Assembly (NCBI GenBank): GCA_964291495.2 | Contig: OZ219871.1 | Location: forward strand, 288,001 to 352,000 | Reading direction: 5' to 3' | Length of the DNA: 64,000 nt | From: Dehalococcoidia bacterium | Lineage (GTDB): Bacteria; Chloroflexota; Dehalococcoidia; UBA2979 | In this document: piece by piece, positions 8,074-17,148 of the stretch | Layout: every line of letters starts with the position of its first letter | Position numbering within the stretch: the first letter of the stretch is position 1 | Program-made: the position numbers and the translations under genes | Notes under the pieces: generated by a model | What the model was told of the DNA's origin: nothing | The model's input: only the letters and a program-made list of their open reading frames with translations | Database searches by the model: none

Positions 8074-9267
8074 CTAGAGGCGCAGCAGGCCCCGGATCGA
8101 GAAGCCCGAGGGAATCTCCGGGCGCGCGGTGAACGCAAGGTGTCCGACGTGGTGGTTCTCGGTGCAGCCCGCCAGCGACTGCTCGGCCTGCACGGTAACG
8201 TGCCCGATGCGGTACTTGTCGTGCGCCAGGTCCTGAACGCCGGAGATCAGCTCGTCGATGTCGCCCTCGTACGAAGGGTCGACCAGGACGTGCGCGGTGA
8301 ACGCCTCGTCGTTGGAGGTGATCGTCCAGCAGTGGACGTCGTGGATCAGCTGGACACCCTCGATCTCCTCGATGTCGGCGCAGAGGCTGTAGACGTCGAC
8401 GTGCTCCGGGGTGCCCTCCAGCAGTACGTGGAAGACCCGCGTCACCAGGCCCCACGAGGAGGCGAGAATCAGGATGCCGATGATGATGCTGATGATCGGG
8501 TCGGCGATGACCCAGTCGAACGCCAGCACGAGGACGGCCGCGACGATCACACCGACAGAGCCGAGCAGGTCGGCCAGCACATGCTGGAAGGCGCCCTCGG
8601 CGTTGAGGCTGTGCTCCGCCGAGGCGTGCAGCATGTACGCGGCGATCAGGTTCACGATCAGATCGCCGGTCCCGACGATCAGCACCGGCAACCCGTCGAC
8701 GTGCACCTCCTCGACCGCGAAGCGGTGGTAGGCCTCGAAGAAGATCCAGGCGACGATCAGCCATAGCGCGAAGGCGTTGAGCAGCGCCGCCAGCACCTCC
8801 GTGCGGTAGAAGCCGAAGGTGCGCTCCGCGGACGCCTCGCGCTCGGCGAACCACATCGCGAGCAGCGCGAGGCCGATGGCGGCCGCGTCGGTGGCCATGT
8901 GCCCGGCGTCCGCCAGCAGCGCGAGGCTGCCCGAGGCCAGCCCGCCGATGATCTCGGCCAGCATGTAGCCGGCGATCAGGAACAGGCTGATCGTCAGCCT
9001 GCGACGGCTGAGCCCTCGCAGGTCGTGCGCGTGATCGTGGTGGGCGTGGTCGTGTCCATCGTGGTCGTCGTGGTCGTGGGCATCGTGGTCGTGTTCGTCG
9101 TGGCCGTGTTCGTCGTGGCCGTGTTCGTCGTGGTCGTGGTCGTCGTGGTCGTGGTCGTCGTGGTCGTGCCCGTCGTGGTCATGGTCGTCGTGGTCGTGGG
9201 CGTCGTGGTCGTGGGCGTCGTGGGCGTGCTCGTCGTGGGAGTCCGCTGCTGGCCTCAGCGTCGACAT
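8074..9267 (-). CDS. Cation diffusion facilitator (CzcD/ZitB-like) with long His/Asp-rich N-terminus
   Basis: SLALLADAGHMATD, TFGFYRTEVLAALLN, AFQHVLADLLGS, IHDVHCWTIT. About 75 N-terminal residues of HDHDx repeats. Confidence 0.93.
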   Translation of the reverse strand: MSTLRPAADSHDEHAHDAHDHDAHDHDDHDHDGHDHDDHDHDDHDHDEHGHDEHGHDEHDHDAHDHDDHDGHDHAHHDHAHDLRGLSRRRLTISLFLIAGYMLAEIIGGLASGSLALLADAGHMATDAAAIGLALLAMWFAEREASAERTFGFYRTEVLAALLNAFALWLIVAWIFFEAYHRFAVEEVHVDGLPVLIVGTGDLIVNLIAAYMLHASAEHSLNAEGAFQHVLADLLGSVGVIVAAVLVLAFDWVIADPIISIIIGILILASSWGLVTRVFHVLLEGTPEHVDVYSLCADIEEIEGVQLIHDVHCWTITSNDEAFTAHVLVDPSYEGDIDELISGVQDLAHDKYRIGHVTVQAEQSLAGCTENHHVGHLAFTARPEIPSGFSIRGLLRL

Positions 9268-9407
9268 GGCCGCCGGTTATCCCCCTACGCGCAGAACGCC
9301 CAGAGCCTGAAGGCTACCCCACGGGGCGCGCCTCCAGGCTCGTGCTCTCTCCCGGCAAGTTCGACCGTTGCAGGCAGACGACCCTTGCCGCAACCAATTC
9401 CCGCTTG

Positions 9408-9743
9408 CTAGTGGGAGTGGTGCTCGTGCTCGTCGCACTCGTGCTCGTCGTGCACGTGGGCGTGGTGCTCGTGCTCGTCGCACTCGTGCATGTCGTGCTC
9501 GTGCCCCGGCTCGCCGTGGTGCTCGTGCTCGTCGCACTCGTGCTCGTCGTGCACGTGGGCGTGGTGCTCATGCTCGTCGCACTCGTGCTCGTCGTGCCCG
9601 GCGCCGTGCGCATCGCCGTGGTGGGCGTGATCGTGCGCGTGGTGCTCGTGCTCGTCGCACTCGTGCATGTCGTGCTCGTGCCCCGGCTCGCCGTGATGCT
9701 CGTGCTCGTCGCACTCGTGGACATCGTGGACTACCTGTACCAC
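9408..9743 (-). CDS. Small His/Glu/Cys-rich repeat peptide (6 x HECDEHEHH), putative metal-binding
   Basis: AGGAGG lies 5 nt before GTG 9743 (TTG 9746 is an alternative start). CAC/CAT differences between repeat units are synonymous only in this frame. Same strand as, and directly upstream of, the CDF gene. Confidence 0.75.
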   Translation of the reverse strand: MVQVVHDVHECDEHEHHGEPGHEHDMHECDEHEHHAHDHAHHGDAHGAGHDEHECDEHEHHAHVHDEHECDEHEHHGEPGHEHDMHECDEHEHHAHVHDEHECDEHEHHSH

Positions 9744-9779
9744 CAAATCCTCCTGACCCTAAATCGCTTCTGGCTTGCG

Positions 9780-9809
9780 ATATTAACAGGTCTGGATAAC
9801 TTGAGTCTA
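9780..9809 (-). promoter_or_regulatory. Promoter for the His-rich peptide / CDF genes
   Basis: Minus strand TAGACT (9809-9804), 18-nt spacer, extended TGt-TAATAT (9785-9780). Confidence 0.5.
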
Positions 9810-9836
9810 TGACTCCAACCGAAAACCGCTCGCTAG

Positions 9837-9905
9837 GAGAAGATAAGACTTAGTATCAACTGCAACAAGAAGCCCCGTCCGAGAAGATAAGACTCAGTAT
9901 CAACT
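9837..9905. repeat. 25-bp direct repeat pair (44-bp period), operator-like
   Basis: GAGAAGATAAGACTTAGTATCAACT (9837-9861) and GAGAAGATAAGACTCAGTATCAACT (9881-9905), 24/25 identical, in an AT-rich intergenic stretch. The core is an imperfect palindrome, ATAAGACT-N-AGTATCAA. Confidence 0.85.
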
Positions 9906-10331
9906 ACGATCGTTCCATACGTGTGGCGCGGTTAGTTGTTGGTTCGTCGATTCTTTTCCTGCAGTTAACTGTTAACCTGGTGAGTGCTCCATTGCACAAC
10001 TCAAAACGTGGCCACTTTGTTGCTGGGGGGTTCGCCCGTCTCCAGAGTCGACATGTGACCGGGCACGCACGCCGAGCGCGTCCAGACCCTCGCCTCATGT
10101 CGGGAGCGCCATCGCCGGGCGCCCGGCCCTGGCCGGGCGCCGCCTCACGCGCGCCCGTGAGGCCGATCGGGCCCCGCGGAGGGCGGGCGCGGAGTTCCTC
10201 GCGGCGCCGCGGCAGCCTGCAATTCGGCGAAGCTTTCGTCGCCCACCGATGGTCGGGCCCCACGTATACTCCAACCGGGCTATACTGCGGCCCTGCCACC
10301 AATCGCGAGCGAGGGGTCAGGAGACGGAGTT

Positions 10332-10670
10332 ATGGAAATCAACGCGGAGCGCGACGGCGCGACGGTCATCGCCAGGCCGACGGGGCGCCTTGACGGCTCC
10401 AACGCGGGCGAATTCCAGGAAGCCCTGGAGTCGGCCATCGACGAGAGCGACCGCGCCCTGGTCCTGGACTTCGAGCAGATCTCCTACATCAGCAGCGCCG
10501 GGCTGAGGGTGATCCTGCTGACGGCGAGGAACCTCCAGGGCAACGGCGGCCAGATGGCGCTCTGCTCCCTCGACGCTCCGATCCGCGAGGTATTCGCTAT
10601 CAGCGGCTTCGACACGATCATCCCGATTCACGGCACCCGAGACGAGGCTCTGGCGGCAGTCGGCGGCTAG
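10332..10670 (+). CDS. STAS-domain anti-sigma factor antagonist (RsbV/SpoIIAA-like)
   Basis: GRLDGSNA, LVLDFEQISYISSAGLRVIL (phosphoacceptor Ser), EVFAISGF. Confidence 0.92.
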   Translation: MEINAERDGATVIARPTGRLDGSNAGEFQEALESAIDESDRALVLDFEQISYISSAGLRVILLTARNLQGNGGQMALCSLDAPIREVFAISGFDTIIPIHGTRDEALAAVGG

Positions 10671-10720
10671 TCCGCCGCCGTCGCACTGGAACGCAAGCGC
10701 GCACTCCCCCGAACGATGCG

Positions 10721-11872
10721 ATGACCCACAAGATCCTGGTCGTTGACGACGAGCCCGATCTCGAACCCCTGGTGCTCCAGCGCATGCGCCGCGCCATCCG
10801 GCGCGGCGTCTACGAGTTCGTCTTTGCCCGCAACGGCGTGGAGGCGCTGCAGAAGCTCGACCAGGAAGACGACATCGACATGGTCCTCTCGGACATCAAC
10901 ATGCCCGAGATGGACGGTCTGACCCTGCTGGAGCAGATTCCCACGGTGAATCCGGATATCCGGGCCGTGATCATCTCCGCCTACGGCGACATGCAGAACA
11001 TTCGCACAGCCATGAACCGCGGCGCCTTCGACTTCGTGACCAAGCCGCTGGACTTCGACGACCTGCGGATCACCGTCGACCGCACGCTCCAGCACGTCGA
11101 GGAGTGGCGCGAGGCGCTGAAGAGCCGCGACCGGCTGGTGACGCTGCAGAACGAGCTGGACGTCGCCAGCAAGATGCAGCAATCGATCCTCCCGACATCC
11201 TTCCCCAGCGGACCGAACTACAGGGTCTTCGGGACCATGGAGCCGGCGCGAAACGTGGGCGGCGACTTCTACGACGTGGTTCGCCTGCAGGACGACCAGA
11301 TCGGCCTCGCGATTGCCGACGTGTCCGGGAAGGGCGTGCCCGCCGCGCTGTTCATGATGTCCAGCCGCACCCTGCTCAAAGGCGCGGCGATCGCCTTCCA
11401 CGAACCCGGTGAGGTCCTCTCGGAGGTCAACAACCTGCTGCAGGAGGACGACACGGCCGGCATGTTCGTCACCATGCTGTACGCCACGTACAGCCCCTCC
11501 ACCGGGGTGTTCTCCTACGCGAGCGGGGGCCACGACCCGCCACTCGTGATTCACGCCGACGGCAGCTCCACCCTGCTGCCCCTGACCGGGGGCCTCGCCC
11601 TCGGCGTGGTGCCCGGTATCGAGTACCGGCAGGAGAGCTACACGCTCGCGCCCGGCGACACCGTCATCCTCTATACCGACGGGGTAACCGAAGCCACCAA
11701 CATCGACGACGCGCTGCTCGGCATCGAGGGCGTGCGCGAGCACTTCGGGCCCGGGCACCTGTCTGACGACGCCGAGGAGACCGGCATGGAGGTCATGAGG
11801 GTCGTCCGCGAATTCACCGGCGACGCCCCACAGCACGACGACATCACCTGCCTGACCCTGCGACAGGGGTAG
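10721..11872 (+). CDS. Response regulator-PP2C (SpoIIE/RsbU-like) phosphatase
   Basis: REC domain: ILVVDDE, SDINMPEMDG, FVTKP. PP2C domain: VGGDFYD, ADVSGKG, LYTDGVTE, HDDIT. Confidence 0.93.
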   Translation: MTHKILVVDDEPDLEPLVLQRMRRAIRRGVYEFVFARNGVEALQKLDQEDDIDMVLSDINMPEMDGLTLLEQIPTVNPDIRAVIISAYGDMQNIRTAMNRGAFDFVTKPLDFDDLRITVDRTLQHVEEWREALKSRDRLVTLQNELDVASKMQQSILPTSFPSGPNYRVFGTMEPARNVGGDFYDVVRLQDDQIGLAIADVSGKGVPAALFMMSSRTLLKGAAIAFHEPGEVLSEVNNLLQEDDTAGMFVTMLYATYSPSTGVFSYASGGHDPPLVIHADGSSTLLPLTGGLALGVVPGIEYRQESYTLAPGDTVILYTDGVTEATNIDDALLGIEGVREHFGPGHLSDDAEETGMEVMRVVREFTGDAPQHDDITCLTLRQG

Positions 11873-11876
11873 CGAG

Positions 11877-12296
11877 TTGAGCACGTCATTGCTACTGACC
11901 ATGAAGACCGACCGCGACGAACTGGAGCGGATCGTCGCCGCTATCGAGAACCTCGCGGAAGAGGACGACTGGCCGGCCGACCTGCTCTTCCGGGTCAACC
12001 TCGTGCTCGAAGAACTGAGTCTCAACATCATCGACTACGGGCATGACGACGACACCAGCGACTTCGAGATCGCCTTCATGTCGGAAGAGGACTCACTGAC
12101 CATCGAGATCGTCGACGGCGGACGGGCGTTCGATCCCCTGAACGACGCTCCGGAGCCGGATCTCAGCTCCGGAGTCGCGGAGCGGCGCGTGGGTGGTCTC
12201 GGCGTCCACTTCGTGCGCACGCTGATGGACGACGTGCAGTACGAGCGCTCCGCGGGCAAGAACCGCTTGAAGATGGTCACACGCAAGGTCAGATGA
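11877..12296 (+). CDS. RsbW-like anti-sigma factor / Ser kinase (HATPase)
   Basis: LVLEELSLNIIDYG, IVDGGRAFDP, RRVGGLGVHFVRTLMD. Confidence 0.9.
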   Translation: MSTSLLLTMKTDRDELERIVAAIENLAEEDDWPADLLFRVNLVLEELSLNIIDYGHDDDTSDFEIAFMSEEDSLTIEIVDGGRAFDPLNDAPEPDLSSGVAERRVGGLGVHFVRTLMDDVQYERSAGKNRLKMVTRKVR

Positions 12297-13555
12297 GACG
12301 CATGCGCCCCGCGCGAGTCCACTGGCTGGCGGGGGCCTGCCTGGTGCTTGCCACAACGCTCTTCACGGGATGCACCGGCGGCGACGACGGCGTGGCGACC
12401 GCGACACCCACCGCAGAGCCGACCGCGACCGCCGCAGCCGGTACGCCGGGCGTGTCCGGGGACCGGATCCTGTTCGGGCAGTCCGCCGCGTTCAACGGAC
12501 CCGCCCAGGAGCTCGGGAAGAACATGCGGATCGGCATCGAGGCCGCGTTCTTCGAGGCGAACATCGCCGGCGGAGTCCACGGGCGCACGATCGATCTCGT
12601 GTCGTTCGACGACGCCTACGAGCCGGAGGCGGCGATCGCCAACACCCAGCGACTGATCGAGGAGGAGCAGGTCTTCGCCCTGATCGGAGCGGTCGGCACG
12701 CCCACATCGCGCTCGGCCACACCGATCGCCGCGGACGCAGGCGTGCCCTACATCGCACCATTCACCGGCGCCGCGTTCCTGCGCGACCCGGACTGGGACA
12801 ACATCATCAACCTGCGCGCCTCCTATAACCAGGAGACGGAGGAGATGGTCGCGAGGCTGATCGGCGACCTCGGCATCGAACGCATCGGCATCATGTACCA
12901 GGACGACTCCTACGGCCGCGCGGGCTATGGCGGGTCTCTGGCCGCACTGGAGCGGCGCGGTCTCGAACCCGTGGCAGTCGGCGTCTATCCCCGCAACACG
13001 ACGGCCGTCAAGACGGCGCTCCTCGACCTTCGCGAGGGCAGCCCGGACGCCGTAATCATGATCGGCGCCTACGAGCCGATGGCGGCCCTCATCAAGTGGG
13101 GGCGGGCGACCGGGTTCAACCCCGTGTTCCTCAACGTCTCGTTCGTCGGCAGCAACGCGCTCGCCCGGGAGTTGGGCCCCGAGGGCGCCGGGGTTGTCGT
13201 CACGCAGGTGGTCCCGTTCCCGGACGACGACTCGCTTCCGGTGATCTCCGCCTACAAGCGGGCCCTGAGACTCTACGCGCCCGACGCCGTGCCCGGTTTC
13301 GTCTCGCTCGAGGGATACCTCGCCGGCCGGCTCGCCATCGAGGGGCTCGAGCGCTGCGGGCGCGATGTGGATCGCGCCTGCTTCATGAATGCGGTTTTGG
13401 GGGCCGACCCGATCGACATCGGGGGGTTCGGCCTCAGCTTCGGCGAGGGCGACAACCAGGGCTCCGATGCCGTGTTCATCACGGTGATCGGCGCCGACGG
13501 CCTCTACCATCCCATCGAGACGCTGCAGGACGTGGAGACATGGTCGACAAACTGA
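12293..13555 (+). CDS. Periplasmic-binding lipoprotein (LivJ/branched-chain amino acid-like fold)
   Basis: Lipobox-like LFTGC, GQSAAFNGP, GGVHGRTIDL, DDAYEP, GAVGTPT, NLRASY. Confidence 0.88.
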   Translation: MRRMRPARVHWLAGACLVLATTLFTGCTGGDDGVATATPTAEPTATAAAGTPGVSGDRILFGQSAAFNGPAQELGKNMRIGIEAAFFEANIAGGVHGRTIDLVSFDDAYEPEAAIANTQRLIEEEQVFALIGAVGTPTSRSATPIAADAGVPYIAPFTGAAFLRDPDWDNIINLRASYNQETEEMVARLIGDLGIERIGIMYQDDSYGRAGYGGSLAALERRGLEPVAVGVYPRNTTAVKTALLDLREGSPDAVIMIGAYEPMAALIKWGRATGFNPVFLNVSFVGSNALARELGPEGAGVVVTQVVPFPDDDSLPVISAYKRALRLYAPDAVPGFVSLEGYLAGRLAIEGLERCGRDVDRACFMNAVLGADPIDIGGFGLSFGEGDNQGSDAVFITVIGADGLYHPIETLQDVETWSTN

Positions 13556-15717
13556 AGCGCCTGATCGAGAGCCGCTTCCGGATCTCGACCCAGCTCTATC
13601 TGGCGATGGGTGGCGCGGTCGTGCTGACCCTGGCCGCCAGTCTGGTCGGCTGGTTCTCGTTCAATGAGGTCGGCGAGGTGCAGAGCCAGGTCAACGAGGG
13701 CAGCGTGCCGGAACTGGCGGCCGCGTTCGGTGTCGCACAGTACAGCGGCAACCTGGTCGCCGCCGCTCCCAACCTCACCGTCGCCGCCACTCCCGAGGAG
13801 TTCGACCAGGTGGTCCGCAACATCGACGCCGCCTACGCCTCCTTCGAGGAGCACATGGTCATGCTCGAGCAAGGCAACGCCGAGCGCGATCGTGTACTGA
13901 GCATCCGGGAGCGCGCCGACACGATCATCGCCAACATCGAAGCCATTCAGACCGAGACATCCGGCGTCTTCGACCTGACCGCTCGCCGTGAGGCGCTGCA
14001 ACTCGAACTGACCCAGGTGCGCGCACGGCTGGACGACGCGCTCGCCCCGGCGATCGACGACCAGCTCTTCTACATCCTGACCGGCTGGCGCAACCTCTCG
14101 GCGCCCCCGGCCGCTCGCGAGGAGCACCTGTCCGAGGACCAGATGGTCCGCTACCGGCGTCTGGCCGAGTTGCAGGCGGACGTGAACATCGCCACCGAAC
14201 TGCTCGCGAACGCCTTCACACTCCCAGATGCCTCCCTGATCGAGCCGCTCAGGGAGCGCTTCGAGTCCACCGCCAGCCGCATCGAGAGGAATCTCTCGGC
14301 CCTCGTCGGTTCGTCCTTCTACGTTGAGACCGCGCCCATCTTCGACCAGCTGTTCGCCCTTGGCTCGGGCGAGGACAGCGTGTTCGGCGTGTTCGCGGCC
14401 GAACTGAGGATCGCGGAACGGCAGGCGGAGCTGCTCGGCCTCAACCGCGATCTCTCCGTGGAGCTCGTTGCGGAGGTGAACGGCCTGGTCGGCGCGGCCC
14501 AGGCAAGCACCGAGGAAGCCACCGAGGCGTCCACCCAGGCGATCTTCACCGGCCGCGTGCTGCTGCTCGCCATTATCGCGATCAGCATCACCGGCGCGCT
14601 GCTCATCACCTGGCTCTTCATTGGCCGCGTGCTGCTGCGCCGCATCGGGATGCTCTCCCAGTGGATGCGTGACATGGCCCAGGGTGACCTCGAGGTCCGC
14701 GCCGACATCGGCGGACGGGACGAGGTCGCCGAGATGGCCGCCGCCCTCGATGTGTTCCGGCGACACGCCCTTGAGGTGCAGCGCCTCAACCTCGTCGAGC
14801 AGCTCGCCGAGGAACTTCAGGGTAAGAACGACGAGCTGGAAGACGTGCTGGCCCAGCTGCAGCAGGCGCAGGACCAGATCGTCCTGCGCGAGAAGCTGGC
14901 CGCCCTCGGCGAGCTGACCGCAGGCGTGGCCCACGAGATCCGTAACCCGCTGAACTTCGTGAACAACTTCTCCGAGGCCTCCGGCGAGCTGGTGGACGAA
15001 CTGAAGGAGATTCTCGAGGAGGAAGGCGTCGAGCTCACGGAGGAGCAGCGCGATCTCGTTGACGAGATCACGAGCGATCTCACCAGCAACGTCCAGCGCA
15101 TCCACTCGCACGGCGAGCGCGCGAATCGCATCGTGCAGGACATGCTGGCCATGGGCCGGGGTTCGCAGGAGTGGCAGGCCGTGGAAATCAACGCGCTGGT
15201 GGACCAGCACGCGCTGCTGGCCTATCACAGCGCCCGCGCGACGAACCCCGACTTCCAGCTCGACATCCAGCGGGAATTCGATCCGGACGCGGGCGAGCTC
15301 GAGGTCATCCCGCAGGACCTGGGGCGCGTGTTCCTCAACATGGTGAGCAACGCCTGCCACGCGACCAACGAGCGGCGCGTCGCCGGCGAGGGAGACTCCG
15401 AACGCTACTGGCCGACGCTCACCCTGATCACGCGACGCGAGGACGGCGAGGTCCAGATCCGCATCCGCGACAACGGCCCCGGCATCCCGCCCGACATCAT
15501 CGAGAAGATCTTCAATCCCTTCTTCACCACCAAGCCTACGGACCAGGGCACCGGCCTCGGGCTGGCGATCTCGAGCGACATCGTGCGCCGCCACGGCGGC
15601 CACATCAGCGTGGAGTCGGAGCCGGGCGAGTTCACCGAGATGATCGTCGCGCTGCCGCTGGAGCGGCCGCCGGAGCTGGATCCGACCGCGCTGGCCGCCC
15701 ACCCCGGCTTCGAGTAG
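13540..15717 (+). CDS. Membrane sensor histidine kinase (large helical extracytoplasmic domain, HAMP)
   Basis: Start ATG 13540 (MVDKLKRL) overlaps the binding-protein gene. Two TM segments, [14 protein letters not shown]-box [30 protein letters not shown]. Confidence 0.92.
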   Translation: MVDKLKRLIESRFRISTQLYLAMGGAVVLTLAASLVGWFSFNEVGEVQSQVNEGSVPELAAAFGVAQYSGNLVAAAPNLTVAATPEEFDQVVRNIDAAYASFEEHMVMLEQGNAERDRVLSIRERADTIIANIEAIQTETSGVFDLTARREALQLELTQVRARLDDALAPAIDDQLFYILTGWRNLSAPPAAREEHLSEDQMVRYRRLAELQADVNIATELLANAFTLPDASLIEPLRERFESTASRIERNLSALVGSSFYVETAPIFDQLFALGSGEDSVFGVFAAELRIAERQAELLGLNRDLSVELVAEVNGLVGAAQASTEEATEASTQAIFTGRVLLLAIIAISITGALLITWLFIGRVLLRRIGMLSQWMRDMAQGDLEVRADIGGRDEVAEMAAALDVFRRHALEVQRLNLVEQLAEELQGKNDELEDVLAQLQQAQDQIVLREKLAALGELTAGVAHEIRNPLNFVNNFSEASGELVDELKEILEEEGVELTEEQRDLVDEITSDLTSNVQRIHSHGERANRIVQDMLAMGRGSQEWQAVEINALVDQHALLAYHSARATNPDFQLDIQREFDPDAGELEVIPQDLGRVFLNMVSNACHATNERRVAGEGDSERYWPTLTLITRREDGEVQIRIRDNGPGIPPDIIEKIFNPFFTTKPTDQGTGLGLAISSDIVRRHGGHISVESEPGEFTEMIVALPLERPPELDPTALAAHPGFE

Positions 15718-15884
15718 TCGCCGAACGCCGCCCGCTCCCGGTCCCGCCCTCGCGGCAGCCCGTGAGGCAGGTCAGCGGTATCATCGAGAGCACCGCGCGC
15801 GCGGCGAAGAGGGTGCGACATGGGCGCGTTCCCGGTACCGATCGAACCGCCGCCCATCGTCGCTGCAGCGACGCAGGCGTCCGC

Positions 15885-17099
15885 ATGACCGCCACCACGG
15901 ACCGTCCCGCCCTCCCCGACGAACGCGGCTACTTCGGCGCCTTCGGCGGTCGCTACGTCCCCGAGACGCTGATGCCCGCCCTCGCCGAGCTGGAGGAGGC
16001 CTACGCCGCCGCCCGCGAGGACGCGACGTTCGGCGAGGAGCTCGACCGGCTGCTGGGCGAGTTCGTCGGCCGGCCCACGCCGATTACGCGCGCCGACCGA
16101 TTGGCACAGCGCATCGCGGGCGGAGGCGCGCCGATCGTCTACCTCAAGCGCGAGGATCTGACCCACACCGGCGCGCACAAGATCAACGCCGCGTTGGCGC
16201 AGGGCCTGCTCGCGCAGCGCATGGGCAAGCCGCGCATCGTCGCCGAGACGGGCGCCGGTCAGCACGGCGTGGCCACCGCCACCGCCTGCGCGTTGCTCGG
16301 CCTCGAATGCGTCGTCTACATGGGCGCGGAGGACGTGCGGCGGCAGGCGCTCAACGTCTTCCGCATGAAGCTGCTGGGCGCCGAGGTGCGCACCGTCGAG
16401 TCCGGCTCGCGCACGCTCAAGGACGCGATCAACGAGGCGATCCGCGACTGGGTCACCAACGTGCGCACCACGCACTACCTGCTCGGCTCGGTCGTCGGAC
16501 CGCACCCCTACCCGCTGTTGGTCCGTAACTTCCAGGCCGTGATCGGCCACGAGGCGCGCACGCAACTGCTCGAGGCCGAAGGACGGCTGCCCACGGTCGC
16601 GCTCGCCTGCGTCGGTGGCGGGTCGAACGCGATCGGGCTGTTCCACGCCTTCGTCGACGACCCGGTGCGGCTGATCGGCGTCGAGGCGGCGGGCGAGGGG
16701 CTGGACGGGCGGCACGCGGCCCCGCTGGCGGCGGGCGAGCCCGGCGTGCTGCACGGCTCACGCTCCTACCTGCTGCAGGACGAGCACGGACAGGTCACCG
16801 AGGCGCACTCGATCTCGGCTGGCCTCGACTACCCCGGCGTTGGGCCGGAGCACTCCTGGCTGAAGGTCAGCGAGCGCGCCGAGTACGTCTCCGTGACCGA
16901 CGAGGAGGCGCTCGCCGCCTTCCGCCTGCTGAGCGAGACCGAGGGCATCATCCCCGCGCTGGAGCCCGCGCACGCGCTCGCCCACCTCGCGAAGCTGCTG
17001 CCCGAGCTGGGCGAGGACGAGTTGGTGCTCGTCAACCTCAGCGGGCGCGGCGACAAGGACATGGGCACGGTCGCCGACGCGCTCGGCGTCACGCTGTAG
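15885..17099 (+). CDS. trpB: Tryptophan synthase beta chain
   Basis: [56 protein letters not shown]. Confidence 0.97.
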   Translation: MTATTDRPALPDERGYFGAFGGRYVPETLMPALAELEEAYAAAREDATFGEELDRLLGEFVGRPTPITRADRLAQRIAGGGAPIVYLKREDLTHTGAHKINAALAQGLLAQRMGKPRIVAETGAGQHGVATATACALLGLECVVYMGAEDVRRQALNVFRMKLLGAEVRTVESGSRTLKDAINEAIRDWVTNVRTTHYLLGSVVGPHPYPLLVRNFQAVIGHEARTQLLEAEGRLPTVALACVGGGSNAIGLFHAFVDDPVRLIGVEAAGEGLDGRHAAPLAAGEPGVLHGSRSYLLQDEHGQVTEAHSISAGLDYPGVGPEHSWLKVSERAEYVSVTDEEALAAFRLLSETEGIIPALEPAHALAHLAKLLPELGEDELVLVNLSGRGDKDMGTVADALGVTL

Positions 17100-17148
17100 C
17101 GGGCAGCCCGCCGTTCTAGAGTCTCGGCCGAGGCCCTACTATTGCTCC

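Noticed and set aside
9020-9725. Repeat tracts as a possible CRISPR array
   Set aside because: Unit lengths are multiples of three, the linkers themselves repeat, there are no unique spacers and no cas genes. His-rich coding explains them.
9408-9743. His-rich repeat peptide as a RiPP precursor with multiple cores
   Set aside because: It has no leader-like region and no modifying enzyme or peptidase-transporter is nearby. The CDF neighbour points to metal binding.
9314-9812. Alternative frames over the repeat (Thr/Ser-rich 9314-9724, Val-rich 9342-9812, Arg-rich frames)
   Set aside because: These are shadow frames. The strongest RBS and the synonymous CAC/CAT variation support the His frame.
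10080-10260. Run of GC-rich hairpins upstream of the STAS gene as a riboswitch
   Set aside because: No recognisable aptamer motif, and such hairpins are expected in very GC-rich DNA. An Rfam scan would be needed.
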